64,000 nucleotides of DNA, from the NCBI GenBank assembly GCA_002245135.1, contig NGBS01000315.1, forward strand, positions 1 to 64,000. The letters run 5' to 3'. The position numbers and the translations under genes are program-made. Origin of the DNA: Proteromonas lacertae. Lineage: Eukaryota. Positions 10,914 to 22,248 of the stretch are shown in pieces. The notes under the pieces are model-generated. The model did not search any database. It was not told the origin of the DNA and worked only from the letters and a program-made list of their open reading frames with translations. Each line of letters opens with the position of its first letter. The first letter of the stretch is position 1.

Positions 10914-12384
10914 TTAAACTACACTTACAATACCACTTCCATTAATGGTGACCATACGTCCAGTGATGATATAGAAACGATGAGATATATCATAATTAGT
11001 AAAGTCATTTGTACCAGGTGTTGAAAATTCAAAGGTTATTTTCAAATCAGTAGCTAAAGGTCTACCTGCCTGGTTCTTAATATTGTCCAAATCCTTAGAG
11101 CCAAAATTCAATATCTCAAAGAACTTGTCATTGAACTTCTTATCTTTTCTGAATATATCAAACCATGAGTCTTGGAAATATTCACGGACAGTCATGAAGC
11201 TATCATAATATTGCATAAGTGTATAATCTGGCTGATATACAAAATCATTGATCATCCATCTGAATTGTGCATTTTCAGGTACATGTGCATATCTTTTTAA
11301 TGATTCTATCCATGGCCTATAGATTATGTAACGAACAAATGGTCCATTGGAACTATTCAATGTGAATGAATAATTGAATATGCCAGATCCACCTGATGGT
11401 ACAACAATTTGATGACATCTGAAATCATTGAATTGAATAGGTTTTGATAAACAATATTGTTTGGTATTATTGTTGCATTGAGTATCCTTGTTGATATAAG
11501 CATAAAATTTAAAATTCTTAAATGTCATATTTTTAATACCACCATTCCTATCCCATGCTATAACATTATTTAAATCTTCATAACCATTTTCATCCGGTTG
11601 GTGTATATGATTTCAAATTTCCATAATTTGCTTTAGTTTGGAATCGAATGCATATATACATTCTCTCTCCAAAGAATACATCGCTCTTTAATGCAGCAAA
11701 TGTATTGTAAAATTTACCTAACTGTAATTTGAAATGTAATGTCTTTTTACTCTTATACACAGTAGCATTTGTTATTTTATTATTACTTTCATCAGAAATG
11801 TCTATAATATTAACATGCATATCATCATCACCTTCTTTGTCCATTTTCCATTTATTAACATCTTGAATAAGATAACTATGTTCATCGTTACTCCAATCTA
11901 ATTGTATTCCATCATAGTAATTGTCTTGATAGAATATATCGCATCTCTTTCTAACTAATTCATCCATAAATACACGATATGGTTCATATGAATCATCAAG
12001 CTTGACCAGATCTGTTCCAGTCTGATTACAAATTCTAAAAGAGGCCAAGCCAAACCCTTCTTTAATTCCTCCAATTGTACTTGGATATAAATCATCATCT
12101 TTATTTATAAGTTTCTTACTTAAATCTGCTCTAACAGCACCTGCTTCTGAACCTTTTGCTAATGGTTCTGTTTCCACATCTATATCGAATTGAATATATG
12201 ACTTAGCTAAATTGATAATATTATCTCCACTTATCTCCCATCTAATCTCTTCTGTATACGTGTTATCACTTAGAGTATATTCTGATGTTGATCCCATCGG
12301 AGTCAATCTCACATAATTATAGAAGGGTAGCATCACAGGGACATCTACACCATGTTTCTGTTCTTTTGGAATAGATAAAGCCAT
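10914..12384 (-). CDS. Major capsid protein (double jelly-roll, PLV/Polinton type), 1-nt frameshift near 11595
   Basis: IRWEISGDNIINLAKSYIQF N-terminal pattern; position between minor capsid and ATPase; ORFs 11590-12435 and 10914-11528 join via PDENGYEDLNNVIAWDRNGGIKN to ~490 codons. Confidence 0.75.
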
Positions 12385-12415
12385 TAGAAAACAAAAGAAT
12401 AAAGAAATATAAAAA

Positions 12416-13375
12416 TTAGACTTTAAATACAACAATATCTAAATTAAACTCAATATTATCAAGATTAAGTTCATAGCCATTTTGTTGAGTAATCTGAATA
12501 GTGATCATACCATTGTTATAGGTATTATTAAATCTCTTTGATGTATTCAATATGTCATTATTCTGATATGTAATAAATGGTAACTCTGGATTTGAAACGG
12601 GTATATTTTCTAATACATTTGAATCCTGCATAATATTCACTATGTCTAATCTAATGGATATAGAATTAACCCATATTAAAGATGGACGAAATGGTAATTG
12701 AGTAAATGGGAATGGCTTAACCATAATTTCTTGTTGATTCTCTGGTTCTTCAGATGGAATATATTCTTTAAAACAACACCAGTAATTGTTTTTAGGTATA
12801 CCTAATATTTTGTAACTAAGATCTTTGGTGATGATCTCTAATTTTTCTATCCAATATACTGGGTCTTTTTGATAGTATATTATATTCATATCATTAGCTA
12901 CCTCAATATGATATGTTTGATTATCATCGAAATTGTCTATACGAAATAAATCTCCTTTTCCTTGTATAATAGACACATGTGAACCTTCAGTATTATATGC
13001 ATCATCTTTTATTCCAAAAACATCATATGTCATATTTTTGACTAAATTATTAATCATACTTAATATCTGAGTTTCATCATAGAATCCTTCTGGTATTTTG
13101 AGGTGTTTTATGATGTTTGGATACTTTGGTGTATCTACTTGAACATCATGTCTCCATCCCAATGTGAATACTAATGAAAACTCATCATTTGTTTCTTCCT
13201 GTATAGTTGGGAATGAATTGGGTATAACAGCATGTAATAAGCTGACATGAGTATAATCATCATCGAATGATTGCAATTTTAATGTCTTCTTATACTTGTT
13301 TCCTCCACCCATGGAATCAGATAATACAATCATATCAGAATTTAAGTAGTATACACGATGATTAGAAACTAACAT
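12416..13375 (-). CDS. Minor capsid (penton) protein
   Basis: VSLLHAVIPNS, LKIPEGFY...IN and C-terminal ITIQITQQNGYELNL...FNLDIVVF patterns typical of PLV/Polinton pentons. Confidence 0.8.
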   Translation of the reverse strand: MLVSNHRVYYLNSDMIVLSDSMGGGNKYKKTLKLQSFDDDYTHVSLLHAVIPNSFPTIQEETNDEFSLVFTLGWRHDVQVDTPKYPNIIKHLKIPEGFYDETQILSMINNLVKNMTYDVFGIKDDAYNTEGSHVSIIQGKGDLFRIDNFDDNQTYHIEVANDMNIIYYQKDPVYWIEKLEIITKDLSYKILGIPKNNYWCCFKEYIPSEEPENQQEIMVKPFPFTQLPFRPSLIWVNSISIRLDIVNIMQDSNVLENIPVSNPELPFITYQNNDILNTSKRFNNTYNNGMITIQITQQNGYELNLDNIEFNLDIVVFKV

Positions 13376-13460
13376 AATATAAAATCTATTTTGAAAATAA
13401 ATTCGTTAATAATGTCAATATTGTCATTATTAGTATTAATTACACTTTTATTTTTTAAAA

Positions 13461-14063
13461 ATGAATAACGATCAGGAGCACAAATTTAGAACAGTGCCAT
13501 ATAACTTTTGGAACTCTGATAAACAAATACTCATTAATTGCTTTAGAAAGGATGGCAAAATGAGGGCACCAACCAAATCGAAATTATGGAATTTGATATG
13601 TGGTGATAAAAAGGAATTAACTTATAGTGAGATCAGATATATACTCAAATACGTCGATGAACAGTATAGATTAGACTTGGAATATAGATTCAAAAATGGA
13701 TGTTGGTGGGATGAGAGTAAAGAGAAATTAATTCAAAGATTAGGTATTTCTGATGTAGATGAGACTGTGCGCATTACACCTAATATGTTCCTTGAGTGTG
13801 TTAACAAGATTAAGGAGAAAAGAAACCCATCTTTTGAAAAAACTAATCAATTATTAGAAAGTATTATTATGATGAATCATGAAGCTAATATATTACCTCC
13901 TCCTCCTCCTAATGATAGTAGTAATAAAGAAATAGAAAAAATACAAGTCAAGCTTGAAAATGACAATGACAATGTCAATCTCACAGATTATGACTTATCT
14001 CCAATATCACCAAGATCCATTAAGGATGAATATATTAATAATAACCAATGTCTTGTAAGTTAG
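13461..14063 (+). CDS. Viral hypothetical protein
   Basis: 200-aa intronless ORF divergent from the minor capsid gene, upstream motif at 13409. Confidence 0.6.
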   Translation: MNNDQEHKFRTVPYNFWNSDKQILINCFRKDGKMRAPTKSKLWNLICGDKKELTYSEIRYILKYVDEQYRLDLEYRFKNGCWWDESKEKLIQRLGISDVDETVRITPNMFLECVNKIKEKRNPSFEKTNQLLESIIMMNHEANILPPPPPNDSSNKEIEKIQVKLENDNDNVNLTDYDLSPISPRSIKDEYINNNQCLVS

Positions 14064-14131
14064 TTTATTGATAATAAATACATTACTTTGATTAATTTTG
14101 TTTTTCTTATATAAGATTCTCATAAACACAC

Positions 14132-14368
14132 ATGGACTTTGATGTAATAACTGTTTTGCTTTCAGTTCTCGTATTTGTATTGTATATGATAGCTTTGGCT
14201 CTTTTCAAATACTTAAAGGCACACAATTGTATTCCAAACAATACAGACATAGAAGAACTTAGAAATAATATAGATGCCATGATGAATAAAGGGTTAGAAC
14301 ATGATAAGACACTTAAAGATATTCAGTCTCTTATTGAAATCACTAAACAAAGGAAAATGACTATTTAA
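14132..14368 (+). CDS. Small single-pass membrane protein with coiled coil
   Basis: N-terminal hydrophobic stretch VITVLLSVLVFVLYMIALALF. Confidence 0.6.
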   Translation: MDFDVITVLLSVLVFVLYMIALALFKYLKAHNCIPNNTDIEELRNNIDAMMNKGLEHDKTLKDIQSLIEITKQRKMTI

Positions 14369-14424
14369 TTTATTTCGCTTTTTTATATTATATTATATTA
14401 TATTATGTTTCTTTTGGTTAAACT

Positions 14425-14530
14425 TGTATCTTACAACTGGGCCCAGTTGTAAGATACATCACAATTTAAGTTACAACTGGCCCCAGTTGTAACTTATATT
14501 ACAATTCAAGTTGTCAAGTGGCCGCCGGAT
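14425..14530. repeat. Tandem palindromes at 40-bp spacing
   Basis: Perfect 34-bp palindrome 14425-14458; 14-bp-arm inverted repeat 14467-14496; degenerate third unit aagtggccg at 14517. Confidence 0.9.
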
Positions 14531-14601
14531 ATAGCAGTACCAAACACCAAAAAAACAAACACACATAACATTACATAAAAAAATATATATAAAGAATTAC
14601 T

Positions 14602-14973
14602 TTAATTATCCATATTAGGAACTGGAATACCATACTGATAATGCCTGCCATTATGCACAACAATACGATGTGGATCATTCTTTGGCGCGGCTCGTGGCCC
14701 GGCTCGTCTTGGTTTACGTTTTGCTCTATCTTTACTTCCTTTTGGTCTTCCTCTTTGTTTAGGTGGATTAGCAGCTAATAATCGTTCATACATTTTCATT
14801 AATTGTCTATATTGTAATTTAACTTTTGTTTTGTTTTGTAGTGCATTCTTTACTTTGTCTCTATACAAATCATAGCTCTTTCTCCATTTACTCCTGTTAA
14901 CTGATTTAGGAATATATGTATTCCAGTCTTTACTAATTTTAAACCCTTTTGGCCATCCTCCATAATAAGACAT
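14602..14973 (-). CDS. Basic DNA-binding protein with AT-hook
   Basis: KQRGRPKGSK AT-hook; starts MSYYGG; Lys/Arg-rich. Confidence 0.65.
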   Translation of the reverse strand: MSYYGGWPKGFKISKDWNTYIPKSVNRSKWRKSYDLYRDKVKNALQNKTKVKLQYRQLMKMYERLLAANPPKQRGRPKGSKDRAKRKPRRAGPRAAPKNDPHRIVVHNGRHYQYGIPVPNMDN

Positions 14974-15077
14974 GTTGTGATTTTTATAATTGATATTATT
15001 TAAAATATAGTAACTATTAATAGTATGTTTATCAAACAAAAACAAACATATATAATAATAATAGAATTTTTAAGTAT

Positions 15078-15560
15078 TTAATCAGAGTCACTACTACTAC
15101 TACTATCACTACTACTACTAATTCCATCAGCAACATTTCTATCAACTGGATGTATGTGATAAAAATTCCCTCCATTCCATTGATAACTCATATGATGAAA
15201 AACATATTTTTTAAATTTTTGAGGAATACAATCACCATCTGCATACTCATGTTCTCCATTTCTTAATTTTCTATTCATTACTAATATTGAAGCTCTTCTG
15301 TCATACCCATAGGTTTTGAGGTTTACCATTAATTGATCGCCATGATGTCTATAATCACCTAGTACTTCTGGATCATTTCTATTAGTTCTGAGTGAACCAC
15401 ATATAAACACCTTTACTTTATTTCTTTTTAATATTTTCATTGTTTTAAATGGAAATTGAATAACCCATCTATGTGCTCTATTGTCTCTATATCTATGAAT
15501 ATAAAAAGCATATTCACCGTTAGGTTGTCTAAGCATATTATATGTTAAATGGTCAGGCAT
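15078..15560 (-). CDS. Viral hypothetical protein, His-rich C-terminal motif
   Basis: 160-aa intronless ORF; YVFHHM...HIHPV; Ser/Asp tail. Confidence 0.6.
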   Translation of the reverse strand: MPDHLTYNMLRQPNGEYAFYIHRYRDNRAHRWVIQFPFKTMKILKRNKVKVFICGSLRTNRNDPEVLGDYRHHGDQLMVNLKTYGYDRRASILVMNRKLRNGEHEYADGDCIPQKFKKYVFHHMSYQWNGGNFYHIHPVDRNVADGISSSSDSSSSSDSD

Positions 15561-15910
15561 ATTCTTTGTATTTTTTGCTATTATATATAATATTAAATTT
15601 TTATTGATCTAATCAATAAAGTTATTGTTTGTTTAGTAATACAAATGTTTGAGGTTTGTTAAAAAAATAATATCTCACGATCCATTAACTTAATGAATAA
15701 TCTGATGTGTTTCTTATTATATGACATATCATGAGCAATCGATTGATATAGTTAGATTTCATATATGTTTCATAATCAAAGATGATTTAGATTATTGACT
15801 GAAATGAGATATTGATATAATTGAGATGGGTATATACCCTAGTAAGTATATATAAATTATAGTTAGATTCTATCTATCATGTATCCTTTATAGTTTTTTC
15901 CAAAATAGAT

Positions 15911-16589
15911 TTGAACAAGCCGGCAGGTTTGAAATCTATTTATCTTTTTAAAATATCAATGAATCAACGCATAGTATATTTCAAAGAAATACATAGCAGG
16001 TATACTGAGAAGGAATTTGACAACATTCTCTTTAATGGATCAATCATTCAAAGACATATTAGAGATTGCAGTAGATATAAGTATATTATATATATATATT
16101 ATATATTTAAATAGGTTTAATCCAGACAGCATATATTATGGTTCCTTTGATGCGTGGATCAATGATTTTAAAAAATGTAGCCTTATCCACAATGATATGG
16201 CTAAGATCTCCAAATTCAGATACTTAAAGGATCAATTATTGTATCTTTTCCGCTATTGTGATGATAATGAAAAATCAATTGTATATTATATATTTATATT
16301 TTATTTTATATAGTATGACAGAACTCTGGATTGGTTATATATAGATTTGAAACAATTATGTGATGATAACATGAGTGAATGGGGAGATGGAGATCTTCCA
16401 ACTGGATTCAGTCAAGAAACAGAAAAAGATGAACAAAGTAACATTATTGTATCAAGAGAAGATGATGATGATGATGATTCAAAAAGAAAAAGAAAGAACA
16501 ACAAAGATGATGATGATGAAGAAGAAGAAGAAAAGAAAAAGAAACATAGAAGAATGTTTGACGATGACGAAGTAGTAATAATTGATTAG
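15911..16589 (+). CDS. Intron-containing hypothetical protein at the virus/host boundary (5' end uncertain)
   Basis: Introns 16081-16114 and 16281-16313 join three ORFs in frame; acidic/basic C-terminus. Confidence 0.6.
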
Positions 16590-16737
16590 GACTACTAATT
16601 AAGTCCTTAAAAAATAAAAAATTATTATCATTTAAAAATTAAAATATTATTTATCATTAAAATAGTGTTTGTTTGGGGTTATTATAAGTGTATGTATATA
16701 TGCGTAGCTAATTATACACAAAAATTATTTTATTAAA

Positions 16738-17210
16738 TTAGATTTCGATTATAGTCAAACATAAAAAATAAATACATAGAAAGATAGAGAAAAAGAAAAC
16801 AAATCAATTGATATATTTATTATGTATTCAAACTAATCCTAGCTCTAACTATAACACTTAGAAAAATAGATGCGTTTCGAGATTTGACTTGAACTCCATT
16901 TTTTTGTTTTGTTTTTTAAACATAGGATGGTCACTATATGGTGTCATATCACACAGTATGGTGGCCATCCTATCTATCATTGTTTTTTGAATTTTTTTAA
17001 GAAAATTAAATTTCGATTATGATCAGAAAGTCAAACTAAGGGCATATATGAGCCCAGCATAAATAGAGAAATCGATTGATATATTTATTATGCATTAAAA
17101 ACGATTCTAATGATGAAAAAACAATATGGGGAAATAGATCACATTGAAACGGATCTTTTTTTGAATCAAAAAACAATAGGGGGTTATAGAACACTGTTCT
17201 ATAACCACCT
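16738..17210. repeat. Two diverged ~268-bp direct units, each with a hairpin in its 3' part
   Basis: Shared blocks at 16738/17006 and 16801/17069; hairpins 16922-16973 and 17178-17210. Confidence 0.6.
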
Positions 17211-17302
17211 TTCTTTCATTATTATAAACAAATATTGTGTAAGAATGATTTCTGTGTATGTAAATAAAAAATTCCATAAATGAAACGACTCAATATTTTG
17301 AA

Positions 17303-20300
17303 ATGTTGCATTTGATAGATGAAGTGTTATATGCTAAATTAGCATGTGATATGAAAGTATTATAATTAATTTATTTTTATTAGGAGAAAGAGAGAATAGA
17401 AAGAAGTGTTAATGAGTTAGATTTAGTTGTAGAATATGAAACTGATATTCAAAAGTTGAAAGTGTTTAATGTATGTGAAATGAAAGAGAAGCGAGTATTA
17501 AAATTGTTAGAGAATAAGTGTATGTTGTTAGTTTGTTGTTCCTCCTTCATTTGTCGATATAGAGTGTATGATATGAATGATTATGGTGAATATATGATAT
17601 ATTGTAGAGAATATTACAGTAGAGACTTGAAAGAGATAGTTTCTAAAAATTGTTTATGTGTGAATGAAATATGTGATATAATAAGTTCAATATGTGATAT
17701 TCTGATGATATTGAGTGAAAATGAGATTGTAGTTGGTAATTTGAAGAGTAGTAATGTGATATATGAAGAGAATGGTATTTTAAAGTTATGTGATTTATTC
17801 TTGAATGAAATAAGAAAAGAAGAAGATATGAGATTGTATGATATATGCTTCACAAGTCCAGAAGAGTTGAATGGATTAGAATATTATGAAGGAAGTGTGA
17901 TTTGGTCAATTGGGTGTATATTATATGAAATGATGTTTAAGAAATTACCATTTTCAGAAGATAATAATATTTATAAAACCAAAGAGAATATTGTGAGATG
18001 TAAATACAATATAGATGTAGAATGTGATGATAGAATGAAAGAGATGATATATAGAATGTTGAAAGTGAAGAATGAAGATAGAATGAGTTTGAAAGAGTTG
18101 AAGAAAGAAATGATAAAAATGAGTGAAATATTGATAGATGAAGGTGATAATATGATGATATGTGAAGAAAGAAAAGAAATGTTATATAATAATGATAATA
18201 CAATTGTTAGACTTCCAATAGAATATCCATCAAAATATTATATTGAAAGTGAAAAAAGAAAAGTGATTAGAGATAAATTGATAGAATCCTACAATATTCA
18301 ACCAAATGAAAGAATATTGTCAATATTATTGATGATTAAATTATACAAAAGAGATGAATCAATAAAAGATAAACTGAAATATAGAGTTTATCATAAATGT
18401 AGATATGGAGAATGTAATTTAGATGAGATGATATTTAAAATAGAAAGTGATTATTTCGATAAAGAAATGATAAAAATAAAATCATATTGTATATGTTTGT
18501 GTGAAGAAGGAATGAATTATTTATTTAGAATATTGAGAAAAATCAATCCAACAAAGCTGTTATTTTGTATTTTTCTATATATTGTTATTTGTATAGATTT
18601 TATTCACATACCAATTATTCGTCAATCATTATTTGGATCATATTTGACTGGATTATCAAATCTACAAACATTAGATTTATCATGGTGTAATCTTACTTCC
18701 TATTTCATTGAATTGTTTGTTAAATCAATTCCATTAATGAAATTGAAATATTTAGATCTTCATTGTATTTATAATCATATTGTTATTCTATGAAATAGCT
18801 AATCCAATTGGTGTGAAAGGATTTAAATTGTTACTTCCATATTTGAATTTATTAATCAACAAAGATAATGAATTAGATCTTGAACGAATGAATTTAGATG
18901 ATGAATGTATGATGTTATTATCATCAGAATTATATAAATATCCAAATCTTAAGAACATCAATATTAGAAAAAACCAAAACATTCATTCAAAGGGATTAAA
19001 AACCTTTTTCTCCAAATTTCCAATCTCAAAAATAGAATTTGATTTTAATAGAAGTAAAGAATTACTGATTGATAAAGACATTCCTGAATTAGACAAATAT
19101 TTAAACCAATACAATAGATTAAATCTGAGTAATTTAGAAATAGATGATGATATTATCAAAAGATTCATTTCATTAAGATCAAATGAATTGAAAGAAATAA
19201 AGAGATTAGATTTGAGTTGTATAATTTGATATTATTATTATTATATAGATAATAAACTAACATATAAAAGTATAGAAATATTGATTGACAATTTATCTAC
19301 ATTTCCAAACCTTAAATATCTCAAATTAAATGAAAATGAAATAGGAGATGAAGGAATGAAAATATTATCTCCACATTTGAGTCTATTAAAAGAATTGGAT
19401 GATAGAATAGATTGTTCAAGTATAAATACTATCTTTTAATATTCAATAGAAATGGGATTATCTTCAATTGGATTGAAGTATTTATTAGATGGTTTAAAGA
19501 ATATTCATCAAAAGATCAGATTGGATATAAGTGATAATAATATAGATTTAGATGGAATAGAATATTTGATGAATTATATGAAAGAGAATGATAATATTAA
19601 TAGATTGAATATTCATGGTATATTTATGGTAGTTTTTAATTTGTTTAATAGATAATCCAATTGATAATGCTGGATTTAAACTATTAATAAACAATTTGAA
19701 TGTTATCAATAAGTGGGATGGAATGAATTTCAGTAATATCTCAATAGATGATGAAAGTGTGATATTATTAGCTGATAAGATAGATTCAATTTCTAATTTC
19801 CGCGCAATAAACTTAAGTGGAAATAATATCAGAATGAATGGATTAAAATCAATTTGTTCCAAAACATTAGAAAAAGAAGAATATCCATTTATTCAAATGA
19901 ATAATAAAACATGGAGAAAAGAAGAATGTGAATATTATTTGAATTATTGTATTAAAAAGAAAAGAAGAAGTTATGAAAAATGTTATGATTTTTCGAGTAT
20001 ATTATCTGTGTTTATAATGAAATAGATTTAAATCTGAATGATTCTCATATTTCATTAATAAAACAGATTGATTATGAAATACTTGATATATCCAATAACA
20101 AGATTAGTTGTAATGGATTAAAAGAATTAACAGATTCTTTTCCAAAAGATGTTGAATATATCTCAATTCATAATAATGAAATTGGAGATGAAGGAATAGA
20201 GATAATATGTAAATATTTAGATAAATTCCTCATAGATTCATCATTAAACATCTCAAGTATTTAAAATTCTGTATTCTATTCTATTCTATATAGAAATTGG

Positions 20301-20574
20301 GATGAGTGAAAAAGGATTGATGATGTTAATAGAAAGATTAAAAGATAATAAACCATTGACAAATATAAATTTATCAGGAAATGAATTAGATGAAAGAGAA
20401 TTGAGATTAATGAAAGAAAACAAAGAAGTATTTGAAGATTTAGAAGAATTATCAATAACATTAAAAGAAGATATAGATAAATCAGAATTAAAATCATTTT
20501 TAGAAACATTTACATTCATAGAAGTAATAACATTAGATGGGATAGAAGAAGAAAAAAAAAGAGTTTTTAACTGA
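17303..20574 (+). CDS. Pseudokinase-LRR protein, copy 1 (multi-exon; ends approximate)
   Basis: Kinase-like GNLKSSNV, KLCDLF, SPE, WSIGCILYEM; RNI-type LRRs (NxIGDEG) over many short introns. Confidence 0.8.
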
Positions 20575-21354
20575 GTTTAGCAATGTAGAATAATTCAGGG
20601 TTGTATAAATCGGTTTGAGTAGGGAGGTCTGGCTGAAACTATCGGTTTGGTCTTGACCTTCTGTTGGTCAAACATATAAATTACTATAAAATACAGGATT
20701 CTACTTCGTCCTTATATTTTGCTTTTATATTTTGAGTTAGTATTGTCATATAAAATAGTAATGATATAATTTCTAAATCTATTTCTGTTTTATTCTTATA
20801 TTTACTTCTGCGCAATAAGTCGTTATTCATTATGGTTTTTATTACATATATTCTTCTAATTTCTCTAAAATTAAAGCTAATATCAATTATCATTTTCCTC
20901 TTCTATTTTCACTTCTTATCAAATATTAATTGATATTTTCTTTTATTATTCAATATAATTTGACATAGACATATTTGACTAATGTGTCTAACATTATCAG
21001 AAGTTTAATTAAGTAGCATAGATAGTACTCTTATCACAATTATTTGCTCTAAATGATTGTAAGTGTGTAAATATAAAAATGCAATAAAATACATTCTTAT
21101 CATTCTAAAATCAAATTGCAAGTATACTAAAAACTCATCAACCTTTGCTTTATTCGGTTTTTTATAGAATGAAATATATAGGTTTATAAAACATAAAAGG
21201 TCACTGTCTGTCAGTGTAATTTTGAAAAACATTATACAACACTGATCTATATGTTATATTTTACTATTATTGCATTGAATGCAAGAACAAACAAATGAAA
21301 TATTAATAAAATTCAAGAAAAATGATATTATATTTTGTTAATTAAAACCATAGT

Positions 21355-22179
21355 TTAATGGAATATATACCAAATAACAAAACATATCAGTAATCCAATA
21401 ACAATTGCTACACATATACTATATATATATATATATAATAACATAAAACATACTTATCTCTTGCTCTTTTCTGTTTTACCTCATTTACAAGTGAATTAAT
21501 TACAGGAAATCTACCTAATATATTAGACATACGACTATCTGTCTTTAATAATGTCCTTCTTTGATCTATTAATGCAGATTTCGTATCTTCAGCTTGTTGC
21601 ATAGTTAAATCCATCATACTATTTACATTTCTAGCAGCACTACGTTCTTGAAGTAAATAATCTGTAGAATCATCTCCATCGCCTGCCATTCTATGTCCAC
21701 TCATTAGATTTAGAGTATTCATCCTTTTATTAATGTTTTCTTTTAATTTATTGTATTGTTTCTTACAATCTTTTAGTAATTCACGATATCTTTCTAATGC
21801 AGCTTGTTTTGAGGGAGTTGGGAGGAGTTGAACACTATCTGACATTCTTGAAGTAACAGCTGTTAACTATACAATAAAACCTATAGCAATATTATATACT
21901 CCAGTTATTAATTTTTCTATTTCAACTGATTGTTGATAAGGATCTCCCAAACCAGCTTCTATTAAGAAACATATGAAACGTCAACATACCAAGATCATCT
22001 TTAGTTTCAGTATTATTTAGAGTCAATGAAAGTTCACTGTATGATTGTAATTTGACCTTATAGGTAAAAATGAAGAAAATATACCTGTAACGAGTTTTCT
22101 ATTGATCTTGCTTCCTTTTGCAATTGTTCCCACTAATAATATATGCATTATATAACGACAATAATTATACAGAGTCCAT
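21355..22179 (-). CDS. GOSR1: Golgi Qb-SNARE GOS1/GOSR1-like
   Basis: MDSWEQLQKEARSIEN start, LERYRELL, GRFPVINSL...KRARD, C-terminal TM. Confidence 0.8.
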
Positions 22180-22248
22180 TCTCCTTCTTTTTAAAAATTC
22201 TATTTTTCAAGCTTTTTTCTAAAACAGCTTGATTTAAAAAATCTTTTT

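Larger units (their letters stand above)
1..15560. mobile_element. Endogenous Polinton-like virus (partial: left end outside window, right boundary uncertain, ~15.6-17.2 kb)
   Basis: Co-oriented minor capsid, major capsid and A32-like ATPase genes; small Arg/Gly-rich core-like proteins; compact, nearly intronless ORFs unlike the intron-rich host genes downstream. Confidence 0.88.

Noticed and set aside
11585..11605. Programmed frameshift in the major capsid gene
   Set aside because: No slippery heptamer or evident stimulatory structure; other indels in the element point to decay or error
20596..21244. Possible hAT-like MITE (cagggttgtataa ... ttatacaacactg)
   Set aside because: Only a 13-bp imperfect TIR, no TSD, no second copy seen
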